A stretch of 64,000 bases of DNA from Candidatus Marinacidobacterales bacterium (GTDB lineage Bacteria; Acidobacteriota; Vicinamibacteria; Marinacidobacterales; DATDRI01). The stretch is from contig CBDCNP010000002.1 in the NCBI GenBank assembly GCA_965219415.1, positions 1,184,001-1,248,000 of the forward strand, in the 5' to 3' direction. The position numbers and the translations under genes were made by a program. This document shows positions 52,569 to 62,558 of the stretch, in pieces. Positions within the stretch are counted from its first letter, which is position 1; each line of letters starts with the position of its first letter. The notes beneath the pieces were generated by a model. That model worked only from the letters and a program-made list of their open reading frames with translations, did not search any database and had not been told where the DNA came from.

Positions 52569-53813
52569 TTACTCGAGCTCCTTACCCCGCGTCTCAGGAA
52601 GGAAGGCCGCCAGTGCGGCGGAGAAGAGAAAGGCCGCCGCGGTCACATTGAACGCCATCCCCAACCCGTAAGTCTCCGCCAGCGTGCCCACCACAAAAGG
52701 AGCGGCGGCGCTCGCCACCCTTCCGATGTTATAGGTCAGCCCCTGAGCGGTTGCCCGGATGCGGGTCGGAAAGAGCTCGGCGCTGATCACACCGAAGCCC
52801 GAAAAGTAGCCGGTGCCAAAGAACGCCAAGAAAGGCCCCAGCACCAGAAGCGCCGTAGGGTTGCGGGTGCTACCGTAGATGGGCACCAGCGCTGCGGCGA
52901 CCAGAAGGTAGAGAAGGTACGCTTTCTTGCGACCCAGTGAGTCGGCGATGAAGCCGAACGACACATAGCCAAACCACTGGCCGACGGTCAGCACTATGAT
53001 CCAGACGGACGATCCAATGACGGTGAGGCCGGCGCCACCTTGTTCGGGAGGAAGTTTCAGATAGGTGGGAACCCACGTGAAGAGCCCCCACCAGGCAAAC
53101 ATGGTTCCCGCGTTCATGAAGGTCATTAAGAGAGTGTTCCGGAGATAGGGGGGAGAGAAAATAGTCCAGATACTGATGGACGCGGTTTCGTCCGATTGTT
53201 CGCGCGAGCGAAGCCAGATCTCCGGCTCGGCGACCCTTCTCCGGATCCACAGCGTTATTAAGGCGGGGAGAATGCCGACGAAAAATACGGCGCGCCAGCC
53301 GAGAGTCGGAAGGATCAGGGCGGTAACGCCCGCCGCCGCCGCATAACCCACCGCCCAAGAGCTCTGCATGATGCCCATGGCCTTGCCCCGATGCTCGGGG
53401 GGCCAGGTCTCGGCAACCAGAGCCGCACCAGAAGCCCACTCCCCTCCCATTCCAAAACCGAGTAACACGCGAAACACTGCGAGTTGAAGGACCGTCTGAG
53501 ACAAACCGCATGCGGCGGTGAACACGGAGTAGATGAGGATGCTGAGCATGAGCGCCCGTGTGCGCCCGATTCGGTCAGCCAGAATGCCGAAGAGAACACC
53601 TCCCGCTGCGGAAGAGAGCAAAGTGACCGAGGCCAGGAGACCACCGGTGCCCTTGTCCATCTCCAAGCTCTGCATCACTTCGAGCAGAATCAGCGCATAG
53701 AGCTGCACGTCCATGCTGTCCAGCATCCAGCCGAGCGATGCGGCGAGGAGACTTCGGCGTTGCACAGATGTGATTTCACTGTACCAATGATTCGAAGCGG
53801 AGTTGGATGGCAT
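52569..53813 (-). CDS. MFS transporter (sialate/cis,cis-muconate/aromatic acid family-like)
   Basis: GWMLDSMD, G.LADRIGR, GMGGEW..GA.LV.ETWP, ELFPT.IRA. Confidence 0.92.
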   Translation of the reverse strand: MPSNSASNHWYSEITSVQRRSLLAASLGWMLDSMDVQLYALILLEVMQSLEMDKGTGGLLASVTLLSSAAGGVLFGILADRIGRTRALMLSILIYSVFTAACGLSQTVLQLAVFRVLLGFGMGGEWASGAALVAETWPPEHRGKAMGIMQSSWAVGYAAAAGVTALILPTLGWRAVFFVGILPALITLWIRRRVAEPEIWLRSREQSDETASISIWTIFSPPYLRNTLLMTFMNAGTMFAWWGLFTWVPTYLKLPPEQGGAGLTVIGSSVWIIVLTVGQWFGYVSFGFIADSLGRKKAYLLYLLVAAALVPIYGSTRNPTALLVLGPFLAFFGTGYFSGFGVISAELFPTRIRATAQGLTYNIGRVASAAAPFVVGTLAETYGLGMAFNVTAAAFLFSAALAAFLPETRGKELE

Positions 53814-54179
53814 GGTCTTACAAGCGCCCAGTACGGCCTTCTACTAGAAAAAAGCTCCGGCTGTCAAGGAAAGTTGGACGATCCCCGATCGCGACCCGGC
53901 GGGTGCCAACGGCGGAGTCGACTCCCATCGTTCGTTTTCCCGGCTTTCACCTCTTCTCACTTATCCGCTCACTTATCCGCGGTGGACTCTTCTTTGTTTC
54001 CAGGAACTGTATTTGTAGACGCCTCTGTCCTCCTGACTTCCGGTGAGATCGATCTCCGATGGCTTGGATCTTCATCCGGATTTTTGGATTTTCCAGCCTG
54101 CCCAGGGGCTTCTAGAGACACCCACCCTCTCCATGCATCTGACAATACGGCAGTTAAGAATCGGCTCTTTCTTGAAAAC

Positions 54180-54197
54180 TTGGCGCCGCGTTTGCAT
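54180..54197 (+). promoter_or_regulatory. Sigma54 (-24/-12) promoter upstream of the TonB receptor
   Basis: TTGGCGC-CGCGT-TTGCAT with exact GG-N10-GC spacing, about 90 nt before ATG 54287. Confidence 0.7.
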
Positions 54198-54213
54198 TTC
54201 CACTGGGAAGTGG

Positions 54214-54229
54214 ATTATATACTGTATGC
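54214..54229 (-). promoter_or_regulatory. GntR-like box
   Basis: Reverse complement GCATACAGTATATAAT, 13/16 identical to the 24411 box, lying just downstream of the sigma54 promoter. Confidence 0.5.
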
Positions 54230-54286
54230 TTGCTCGCTTTGGAAGTCCCATGAAAACGGCCACCGCAGGCCGGGGAGGTTTAAGTC

Positions 54287-57241
54287 ATGCATGACAGATC
54301 AGGGTTTTTTACGAAGCTTTTGCCATTTATCGCCGCGGTGCTGATCTTTCATCTAGCACCCACCACCACCGAGGCTCAGAGTACCGATGCGGCCGTGTTC
54401 GGAACGGTCAAGGACGCCACCGGCGCCGTCGTCCCGGGGGCGACGATTACCGCCACAAACGAAGGAACCGGATTCAGCCGCTCTGCGGTCACCGGCCCGG
54501 AAGGCCGTTACCGCGTCCGCGCGCTGAACCCGGGTACCTACACATTGGTGATGGAATTGGATGGGTTCAAGACGATGACCATGACCGGCATCATTCTGCA
54601 ACTCGGACAGGAGGCACCCATCAGTTTCGACGCGGAGCTAGCGACCGTCGCCGAAACGGTCACCGTCACAGGGGAGTCACCCCTGGTGGAGATCACCAAG
54701 GCCGAGATCTCGGGAGTGGTAGCTCAGGACCAGATCGACTCCTTGCCGCTGAACTCGCGTCAGTACTTGAACCTAGCACTGCTCATGCCCGGCACCAGCC
54801 AGGATGGTGCCCGCCCGTACTACAACAACATCAATATCTCCTCGGGAGGCACGTTCTATTCGAGTGCGTTTGTCGCGGATGGGATGGTGAACACCTGGGC
54901 GGAGCAGGGAGAGCCTCGGCAGGACCTGCCCCAAGATGCCGTGGAAGAATTCAAGGTCATCAACACTCAGGCCAAGGCCGAGTACGGGCTGGCTACCGCA
55001 GGGGTCATCACGGTGGTGACCAAGTCGGGGACGAACGACATCCATGGCAACGTATTCTGGTACTACCGGAACCAGACATTGAACCAGAATAACTTCTTCA
55101 ACAGAGAGCTCGGCATCGGGGAGCCCGACTTCTTCCGTCATCAGTTTGGTGGTAGCGTGGGAGGGGCTATCGTAAAGGACAAGAGTCATATTTACGTGGC
55201 CTTCGAAAGGACCGACCAGGAGGCGGCCTTTACGGTTAACACGGGTGGAGTGTTCCCGGAGTTTGACGGAGCCTTTCCCAGAGAGTTCTGGCGGAACCTC
55301 TTCTCGGTTCGATGGGATCAAACGATCTCGGACGAACATAACCTCTTCGCCCGGTACGCACAGGAGGATGAGTTGACGGGCTGCTTTCGCTGTGGCGGCA
55401 CTCGAAGGCAAAATGCAGGCTTCGACAACCAAGTCCCTCGGAAGGCGCTGGTCGTCGGACTGACTTCGATTTTCAGTGCGCAGGCCCTCAACGAGTTCAA
55501 GCTTCAGCGGGCCTACTCCGAGTACCAGATCGCTCCCTCCGGAACTCCGATCTTTACCAAGGTGAACGAGTTTCCTCCGGAACGGCTAGCCAACATCCAG
55601 CGCGTCATCATCCGTCCCAATGTCGTTGATGGCGGTAACTTCGACGAGCTTGGACCCGAGCATCGCTGGGAGTTCCGCGACGACTTCACTTACTTCAAGA
55701 GCGATTGGGGAGGGGATCACAACTTCAAGATGGGTGCAGACTTCAGCCACATACCCTTTGAGGACAGCTCCGCGCAGAATTTTGACGGAGGAAACTACAC
55801 CTTCGCCACCAACGACCCCTACGATCCGAACGATCCCAGCACCTTTCCGATTGTGTTTACCAACAGGTTGCCGCCATCCTACACGCGGGTCGACTCACAG
55901 CATTTGGCGCTTTATTTCCAGGACGATTGGTCGCCGAACGAGAAATTAACGTTCAACCTGGGTATTCGTTACGACCGGCAGTATGGCTCCTTCAACGAGA
56001 ACCTGGATATCAACGATTATCCCATCCTCGGCGGCCAAATCCCCGCCGTCCCACCGGATGTCGTAGCCGCGCTTGAAAGCATCGTCCTCCCGATTCCCTT
56101 CCAGCCCGATCCAAAAACCCGAGGAGATAAGAACAACTTTGGGCCCCGTTTTGGCTTCGCCTATGACCCCTCGGGTGACGCCGGGATGGTGATCCGTGGT
56201 GGATACGGTATCTACTACGACAACATCCGCACCTTGGCGAACTTCTTCGAGTGGCGAAACTTTAGCCGGCTAAGCCTCCGGATCAGTAATCCACCGTTTC
56301 CCGATCCCTACGGGGGCCGGGACCAGCTGGAGTTCATCACCTCTGGAGTACAAAACGTCGGATTTTTGGCGCAAGACTTTCACAATCCCCAGTCGCACCA
56401 GGTGAACTTCGGTTTCGAGAAGGAGATCGTGCCAGGATTTGCGTTCAACGCGGACTTCCTTTATACCCGTACCCGGGACGATCGAAAGACCGTCGACCTG
56501 AACCCGAGGGATCCGATCACCCGCCTGCGGCCCATTCCCGAGTTTGGCCGAATCGACGAGGTGCAGTCCATCTCCCAGACCGACTACCGGGGCCTATACG
56601 TCAGGGTCGATAGGCGCTTCAAGAACAACTATCAGTACCTCGTGAGTTACACCTGGCAGTCGGGGAAAGACAACGTGCCGGGCCGACGTTTCGTGAATCA
56701 GGAGCCAAGCCGTCGCGAGGATGATTACGGGAACTTCACCATTGACCGTCGGCACATGCTCGTGGCCTCCGGCTTCGTAATTCTTCCCTACGACATCGGG
56801 CTTTCCGGAATCTACACCTTGCGCACGTCGATGCCCTTTAGTGCGAAAGCAGGTAGGGATCTCAATGGGGACGGCTTCGCCACCGGCACCGATGGCGACT
56901 ACGTGCCGGGCACCACCCGCAACCAGGGGAACCGCGATCTCGACCTTTCCTTGGTGAACGATTGGAGAGCCCTGAACGGATTGGGCCCGATCCCCGCCGA
57001 CCAAATCGATAGCACCCGCTACCTCAACCTGGATTTGCGCGTGAGCAAACAGATTCAGGTGGGTGGCGGCGCGGCCGTGGAGCTCATGTTTCAGGTGTTC
57101 AACGTCTTCGACAACCTCAATCTAGGTGCGCGCTTCCTTACCCCCCCGAACGTACAGAACTCACTTTCCCCGAGTTTTGGACGGATCCTCAGTGCGCAGG
57201 ATGCGAGGCAAGCCGAAATAGCGTTCCGTTTCCTTTGGTAG
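54287..57241 (+). CDS. Oar-like TonB-dependent receptor with an N-terminal carboxypeptidase-regulatory-like domain
   Basis: GTVKDATGAVVPGATIT, LPLNSR, TKSGTN..HG, QFGG.VGG, YFQDDW, NNFGPRFGFAYD, C-terminal FRFLW. Confidence 0.93.
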   Translation: MHDRSGFFTKLLPFIAAVLIFHLAPTTTEAQSTDAAVFGTVKDATGAVVPGATITATNEGTGFSRSAVTGPEGRYRVRALNPGTYTLVMELDGFKTMTMTGIILQLGQEAPISFDAELATVAETVTVTGESPLVEITKAEISGVVAQDQIDSLPLNSRQYLNLALLMPGTSQDGARPYYNNINISSGGTFYSSAFVADGMVNTWAEQGEPRQDLPQDAVEEFKVINTQAKAEYGLATAGVITVVTKSGTNDIHGNVFWYYRNQTLNQNNFFNRELGIGEPDFFRHQFGGSVGGAIVKDKSHIYVAFERTDQEAAFTVNTGGVFPEFDGAFPREFWRNLFSVRWDQTISDEHNLFARYAQEDELTGCFRCGGTRRQNAGFDNQVPRKALVVGLTSIFSAQALNEFKLQRAYSEYQIAPSGTPIFTKVNEFPPERLANIQRVIIRPNVVDGGNFDELGPEHRWEFRDDFTYFKSDWGGDHNFKMGADFSHIPFEDSSAQNFDGGNYTFATNDPYDPNDPSTFPIVFTNRLPPSYTRVDSQHLALYFQDDWSPNEKLTFNLGIRYDRQYGSFNENLDINDYPILGGQIPAVPPDVVAALESIVLPIPFQPDPKTRGDKNNFGPRFGFAYDPSGDAGMVIRGGYGIYYDNIRTLANFFEWRNFSRLSLRISNPPFPDPYGGRDQLEFITSGVQNVGFLAQDFHNPQSHQVNFGFEKEIVPGFAFNADFLYTRTRDDRKTVDLNPRDPITRLRPIPEFGRIDEVQSISQTDYRGLYVRVDRRFKNNYQYLVSYTWQSGKDNVPGRRFVNQEPSRREDDYGNFTIDRRHMLVASGFVILPYDIGLSGIYTLRTSMPFSAKAGRDLNGDGFATGTDGDYVPGTTRNQGNRDLDLSLVNDWRALNGLGPIPADQIDSTRYLNLDLRVSKQIQVGGGAAVELMFQVFNVFDNLNLGARFLTPPNVQNSLSPSFGRILSAQDARQAEIAFRFLW

Positions 57242-57258
57242 CAACTCGTTAACCCAAG

Positions 57259-57295
57259 GGGAAGAGGAGATTCCATCTCCTCTTCCCTTTTTTTT
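57259..57295 (+). terminator. Rho-independent terminator
   Basis: GGGAAGAGGAGA-TTCCA-TCTCCTCTTCCC followed by T8. Confidence 0.9.
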
Positions 57296-57312
57296 GTACG
57301 CGAGGCCAGACG

Positions 57313-58683
57313 TTGAAAACTGTGCATCTTCTTCTCGTGGCCATGCTCTCTTTAGCCGTGGGCGTGAGCGGGTCCTCCCCTCTCCAGGTTAGCTACCCTC
57401 TTGTCGTGGATCTGCTGTCGAAGAACGCTGATGTTCGCAGAAGGGCTGGAGAGCGGCTGGTCGCTTCCGGCGACAAGTCCCTTCTCGCCGCACTCAACGA
57501 CGCCCTCGCCTTCTGCTATGTGATTCAGGACCCCGACCGGGCGGACGAAATCGCCAAGGTTATGCAGCGTATTGCCCACCAGGAAGTCCGCGAAAACCCT
57601 AAACTGGGCTGGATGAAATGGGTCGGGCGCCACGAAGAGATCGAGCCCAAGCCGGGCTATCTCGACTTCAAGAGGGCAGTCTTCGCCTTTTACGATCCGG
57701 CTTTCCGTCAATTCCTGGACCCAGGATTCACCTTCCGCATTCGTCCCGAGGAGATCGAGTGGGGTGGAGTCAAGAAAGACGGCATCCCCACGCTTCAAAA
57801 CCCAGCGGTCATCCGCGCCAAGGACGCGAAGTACCTCGGCAGCAAAGATCTGGTCTTTGGGGTCTACCTGGACGGGGTTGCGAGAGCGTACCCGCACCGG
57901 ATCCTCGACTGGCACGAAATGACGAACGACGTGGTGGGAGACACCCCGATAAGCCTTTCCTATTGCACGCTCTGTGGCTCGGGAATCCTCTACGACGGCC
58001 GGGTCGACAAGCAACAATACACCTTCGGTTCGTCGGGGCTACTCTATCGTTCGAACAAGCTCATGTACGATAACCAAACGAAGAGCCTTTGGAGCAACTT
58101 GACTGGTGAGCCGGTATCGGGAAAGCTCGCCGACTCGGGGATCAAGCTGAAGATGCTACCCGTGGTCGTGACCACCTGGAAGGAATGGGTGAAGATGCAT
58201 CCCGATTCCGAAGTTGTCGACCTGGAAACGGGTTACGACCTGGACTACGCCAACCCACCCTATGAGGAGTACTTCAGTTCCGACGACACGATGTTCCCGG
58301 TTTGGCTCGAGAACGACCGCCTGAAAAAGAAGGAGTGGGTCTTCGCGTTGATCGTGAACGACAAGCCAAAGGCCTACCCGCTGAAGGCATTGAAAAAGGA
58401 GCGCATCGTTCACGATGAGCTCGGCGGCAAGGACCTGGTGTTGGTGGTAGGGAAGAGCTCGGGCGCGGTTAGAGCCTACGAATCGGACGGCCGCCGCTTC
58501 AAGCGCGGCGACGAGGATGGCGAAGTGATCGAGGAGCGCTCGGGCTCCGTCTGGAAGATCACCGAGGATTCTCTGAACGATCCGTCCGGTGAACATCGGC
58601 TGGCCCGCTTGCCAGGGCACAACGCGTTTTGGTTCGGTTGGTACGCTTTCTACCCCGAGACCGATCTCTACCAGCGACGCTAG
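57313..58683 (+). CDS. DUF3179 family exported protein
   Basis: WGGV.KDGIP, ARAYP..IL.WHE..ND, YCTLCGSG, FG.SGLLY.SN.LMYD, FWFGW.AFYP. Confidence 0.85.
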   Translation: MKTVHLLLVAMLSLAVGVSGSSPLQVSYPLVVDLLSKNADVRRRAGERLVASGDKSLLAALNDALAFCYVIQDPDRADEIAKVMQRIAHQEVRENPKLGWMKWVGRHEEIEPKPGYLDFKRAVFAFYDPAFRQFLDPGFTFRIRPEEIEWGGVKKDGIPTLQNPAVIRAKDAKYLGSKDLVFGVYLDGVARAYPHRILDWHEMTNDVVGDTPISLSYCTLCGSGILYDGRVDKQQYTFGSSGLLYRSNKLMYDNQTKSLWSNLTGEPVSGKLADSGIKLKMLPVVVTTWKEWVKMHPDSEVVDLETGYDLDYANPPYEEYFSSDDTMFPVWLENDRLKKKEWVFALIVNDKPKAYPLKALKKERIVHDELGGKDLVLVVGKSSGAVRAYESDGRRFKRGDEDGEVIEERSGSVWKITEDSLNDPSGEHRLARLPGHNAFWFGWYAFYPETDLYQRR

Positions 58684-58715
58684 CAAAGCCTAGTGAGCCC
58701 CCCGGAGCCGGAGCG

Positions 58716-60842
58716 ATGACGTGCCGCATCGGCGCCGACATCGGTGGTACTTTCACTGACCTGGTCCTCGTCGACGACGCCGGATCCCTCTTCCAGGTAG
58801 GCAAGGTTCTGACCACACCCGATCAACCGGAGGACGCGGTGGAACAGGGTGTAAAGGAGCTACTGACGGCCGCCCGAGTGCCGGCGGCGGAAGTATCCCA
58901 TGCGATTCACGGTACCACGTTGCTCACCAACGCCCTCATCGAACGGAAGGGCGCCAAGACTGCCCTGATCACTACCCAGGGGTATCGCGATGCCATCGAG
59001 ATCGGAAGAGAGCATCGGTACGACATGTACGACCTGCTTATGGAAAGACCGGCTCCCCTGGCGCCCCGCTATCTCCGCTTCGAGCTCGATGAACGCATCC
59101 TAGCAGACGGTACGGTCCACCGGTCGCTCGATCGAGACGCGGTGGTGCGGCTCATCGACACCCTGCGCACGGAGGGGGTCGAAGCCGTCGCGGTCTCCCT
59201 CCTCCACAGCTATCGCAACCCCACCCACGAGCGGGCGGTGGGGGAACTCGTCCGCGAACATGCTCCGGAGATGACGTGTTCGCTTTCCTGCGAAGTGGTG
59301 CCGGAGATTCGAGAGTACGACCGCACCTCTACCACGCTCGTGAACGTCTACGTGCAGGGGCTGGGCGACCGGTACCTCCTGAGCCTCCGTAAGCGTCTGA
59401 AAGCGCTCGGTCTCGAGGGGGCCCTGTTCATCATGCAGTCGAACGGCGGCGTCTGCGACGTCGACACCGCGCGTCGATTCCCGGTTCGGCTGATTGAGTC
59501 GGGGCCAGCGGCGGGTTCGTTGGCCGCAGCGCACTACGGCCGGCTCATGGGCTACCCCGATCTTCTCTCTTTCGACATGGGAGGTACCACCGCCAAGGCA
59601 TGCATCATCGACAAGGGTGAGCCGCTCATCGCGCCCGAATTCGAGGTGGATCGTAAGTACCGGTTCAAGAAAGGGAGCGGGCTGCCGGTCAAGGTGCCGG
59701 TGGTCGAGATGATCGAGATCGGCGCCGGCGGCGGGAGCATCGCCCGGATCGACGGGTTGCGCCGACTCACCGTGGGACCGGACAGCGCCGGGGCGAGTCC
59801 CGGACCGGCCTGCTATGGCCAAGGCAGCACCGCACCCACGGTCACCGATGCGGATCTGGTGCTCGGCTATCTAGACCCGGGCTTTTTTCTTGGGGGGCGG
59901 CTCCAGCTCGATCGCGAAGCCGCGCTCGCTGCCATAGGAAAGCAGATCGCCGAGCCATTGGAACTCGACCCGGTGGCGGCGGCATGGGGCATCCATCAGG
60001 TAGTCAACGAGAACATGGCCTCGGCGGCTCGTATTCACGCCGTGGAGCGCGGCAAGGACACCGCGCGGTTGCCGCTCTTCGCCTTCGGGGGAGCGGGCCC
60101 GGTCCATGCGTACCGCGTGGCGAGGATCCTACGGTGCCCGTCGGTGGTCTCCCCGCTCGGTGCCGGCGTCACCTCCGCGGTCGGCTTTCTCACCGCACCC
60201 TTGGCGTTCGACTTCGTGCGCACGCTCCCTGGAGAGTTGGAGGCCATGGATTGGGCGAAGGCGAACCGCGCCCTCGACGAAATGGAACGGCAGGGTCTCG
60301 AGGTCCTGGGCCGAACGATTCCGGCGAGTCAGATTACCTTCCGGCGTTTCGGCGATCTGCGCTACCGGCGCCAGGGATACGACATCCGGGTGCCCATTCC
60401 CGGCGGCGAGCTTGGGCCCCAAAGCGAGCCCGCGATTCGGCAAGCCTTCGAGCAATGCTATCAGGCTCTCTATGGGCACCTCCCCTCCGACCTCACCATT
60501 GACGTCATGAGTTACCGCGTCATCGCCGAGGGCCCGCGCCCCGATCTGCACTTGCCGAGGACAGGAGAAGACTCGCCGACGAACGGGCAGGAGCGGCATG
60601 CCTTGAAAGGGCACCGTTCGGTCTACATGCCCGAATCCGAAGGGTTCGTGGACGCGCCGGTTTACGACCGCTACCGGCTCGGGCCCGACCAAAACTTCGC
60701 TGGACCAGCCATCGTGGAGGAGCGAGAATCGACCGTCGTGATCGGACCCGGCGCTCGGGCGCGGGTCGACGCCTGGTCTAGCCTCATCGTCGACATGAAC
60801 CCGGGACATGAACCTGAAGCGGCGGGCACTACGGAGACGTAA
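58716..60842 (+). CDS. Hydantoinase/oxoprolinase alpha subunit (HyuA-like)
   Basis: Start MTCRIGADIGGTFTD at 58716; HGTT, ESGPAAG, DMGGTT, GAGGGS, GPACYG, PTVTDA, FGGAGP. Confidence 0.93.
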   Translation: MTCRIGADIGGTFTDLVLVDDAGSLFQVGKVLTTPDQPEDAVEQGVKELLTAARVPAAEVSHAIHGTTLLTNALIERKGAKTALITTQGYRDAIEIGREHRYDMYDLLMERPAPLAPRYLRFELDERILADGTVHRSLDRDAVVRLIDTLRTEGVEAVAVSLLHSYRNPTHERAVGELVREHAPEMTCSLSCEVVPEIREYDRTSTTLVNVYVQGLGDRYLLSLRKRLKALGLEGALFIMQSNGGVCDVDTARRFPVRLIESGPAAGSLAAAHYGRLMGYPDLLSFDMGGTTAKACIIDKGEPLIAPEFEVDRKYRFKKGSGLPVKVPVVEMIEIGAGGGSIARIDGLRRLTVGPDSAGASPGPACYGQGSTAPTVTDADLVLGYLDPGFFLGGRLQLDREAALAAIGKQIAEPLELDPVAAAWGIHQVVNENMASAARIHAVERGKDTARLPLFAFGGAGPVHAYRVARILRCPSVVSPLGAGVTSAVGFLTAPLAFDFVRTLPGELEAMDWAKANRALDEMERQGLEVLGRTIPASQITFRRFGDLRYRRQGYDIRVPIPGGELGPQSEPAIRQAFEQCYQALYGHLPSDLTIDVMSYRVIAEGPRPDLHLPRTGEDSPTNGQERHALKGHRSVYMPESEGFVDAPVYDRYRLGPDQNFAGPAIVEERESTVVIGPGARARVDAWSSLIVDMNPGHEPEAAGTTET

Positions 60843-62551
60843 TGGATCAACTCACGCTTGAAGTGCTCTGGAACCGCATGATCAGCGTGGTGAACGAGCA
60901 GGCCGCGGCGCTCATCCGAACGTCTTTCACTTCTATCGTTCGCGAAGCGGGCGACCTGTCGGCAGGCGTCTTCGATCGCCGAGGCCGCATGATCGCGCAG
61001 GCGGTGACCGGGACGCCCGGTCACATCAACTCCATGGCCACCGGCATGCGCCACTTCCTCGCCGCCTTCCCGCCCGACGCGCTCAGGCCGGGCGACGTCC
61101 TGGTGACCAACGATCCGTGGAAGACGGCATCGCAACTCAACGACATTACCGTCGCCACTCCCATCTTCCGAGACGGGCGATTGGTGGCGTTCTTCGCCAA
61201 CACCTGTCACGCCTTGGATATCGGCGGGCGCGGTCTCTCGGCCGACTCCCACGAAGTCTATGAGGAAGGCCTGCTCATTCCGGTGATGAAGCTCTATGAC
61301 GAGGGGCGACCGGTCACCCCCTTCTTCGATCTCCTGCGCTCGAATGTCCGCGCCCCCGAGGAGGTCCTTGGAGACCTCCACTCCCAAGTGGTGGGCAATG
61401 AAGTGGGGGGGCGGGAGCTCCTCTCGTTTCTCGACGAGTTCGGCCTCGGCGACATCGAGGCGCTGGCGGATCTGATCCTGGACCGGTCCGAGGCGGGGAT
61501 GCGCGAACGGATCGCGGTCATCCCGGACGACGCCTACCCGTTCGAGCTTTGGATCGACGGTTTCGATGATCCGGTGCGGATCAAGGTCTCGGTGATCGTG
61601 CGCGGGGACAGCATCACGGTGGACTATGCCGGCTCGTCCGGCCCGGTCGACCAAGGCATTAACGTGGCCATGAACTACACCACCGCCTACACCACGTACG
61701 GCCTCAAGTGTGCCATCTCCCCGGACGTCCCCAACAACGAAGGTAGCTTCCGGCCGGTGACCGTCACCGCGCCGAAGGACTCCATCTTGAACGCCCAGTT
61801 CCCCGCCGCGGTGGGTGGACGCCACCTGGTCGGTCATTTTCTCCCCGCCGCGATCTTCGGCGCCTTGGCGGAAGCCTTGCCGGATCGAGTGATGGCTCCC
61901 GGGGCCGATGGCTTGTGGGATACCCAAATCTTCGGCCACGATCCCAAAACGGGAAACCGTTTCACCTACGTGTGGTTCTCCTCCGGTGGCACCGGCGCCC
62001 TCTCGACGAAGGATGGACTCTCGGCCACGGCGTTTCCCAGCGGTATCGCCGGGGTCCCGGCGGAGGTGATCGAGACGCTTTCGCCCGTCCTGTTGAAGCG
62101 ACGAGAGCTCCGCACGGATTCGGGCGGAGCCGGCACATACCGAGGCGGGCTCGGTCAGGTGATGGAGGTCGCGGTGCGCACGGACCAGCCCTTTAACTTC
62201 TCGGGGCTCTACGAGCGGATCCAGTGTCCCGCCCCGGGTCTGAGCGGTGGGCGGCCGGGTGCCGCCGGCGACTTGCGGGCGAGCGATCCCAACCTATCGC
62301 TGCGCGCCAAAACCCGCACCCGCCTCCCCGCCGGCGTGGAGATCACCCTCGAGCTACCGGGCGGTGGGGGATACGGAGCGCCGTGGGAACGGGATCCCGC
62401 CAGGGTTCTCGAAGACGTGCGAAACGGCTACGTCTCGCTTGAGCGGGCGCGCACGGATTACGCGGTAGCGATCGATCCGAAGCGCCTTGTGATACTGGAG
62501 GACGAGACCGACGCTCTTCGGGCGGAGAAACGCGCGAACGGCTCGAGCTGA
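60842..62551 (+). CDS. Hydantoinase B/oxoprolinase beta subunit (HyuB-like)
   Basis: RTSF..IVRE..DLS, PGDV.VTNDP, HALDIGG, EEGL.IP, DSGGAG..RGG.G, PGGGG.G.P.ER. Start overlaps the alpha stop (TAATG). Confidence 0.93.
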   Translation: MDQLTLEVLWNRMISVVNEQAAALIRTSFTSIVREAGDLSAGVFDRRGRMIAQAVTGTPGHINSMATGMRHFLAAFPPDALRPGDVLVTNDPWKTASQLNDITVATPIFRDGRLVAFFANTCHALDIGGRGLSADSHEVYEEGLLIPVMKLYDEGRPVTPFFDLLRSNVRAPEEVLGDLHSQVVGNEVGGRELLSFLDEFGLGDIEALADLILDRSEAGMRERIAVIPDDAYPFELWIDGFDDPVRIKVSVIVRGDSITVDYAGSSGPVDQGINVAMNYTTAYTTYGLKCAISPDVPNNEGSFRPVTVTAPKDSILNAQFPAAVGGRHLVGHFLPAAIFGALAEALPDRVMAPGADGLWDTQIFGHDPKTGNRFTYVWFSSGGTGALSTKDGLSATAFPSGIAGVPAEVIETLSPVLLKRRELRTDSGGAGTYRGGLGQVMEVAVRTDQPFNFSGLYERIQCPAPGLSGGRPGAAGDLRASDPNLSLRAKTRTRLPAGVEITLELPGGGGYGAPWERDPARVLEDVRNGYVSLERARTDYAVAIDPKRLVILEDETDALRAEKRANGSS

Positions 62552-62558
62552 GCGTCGG

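Noticed and set aside
53956-53979. Tandem CTCACTTATCCG x2
   Set aside because: A single short duplication, consistent with slippage; no further support.
60671-61939. Long antisense ORFs (e.g. 60671-61939, 47696-48991, 22321-23220, 53484-54344)
   Set aside because: Shadows of real genes in GC-rich DNA with no recognisable motifs.
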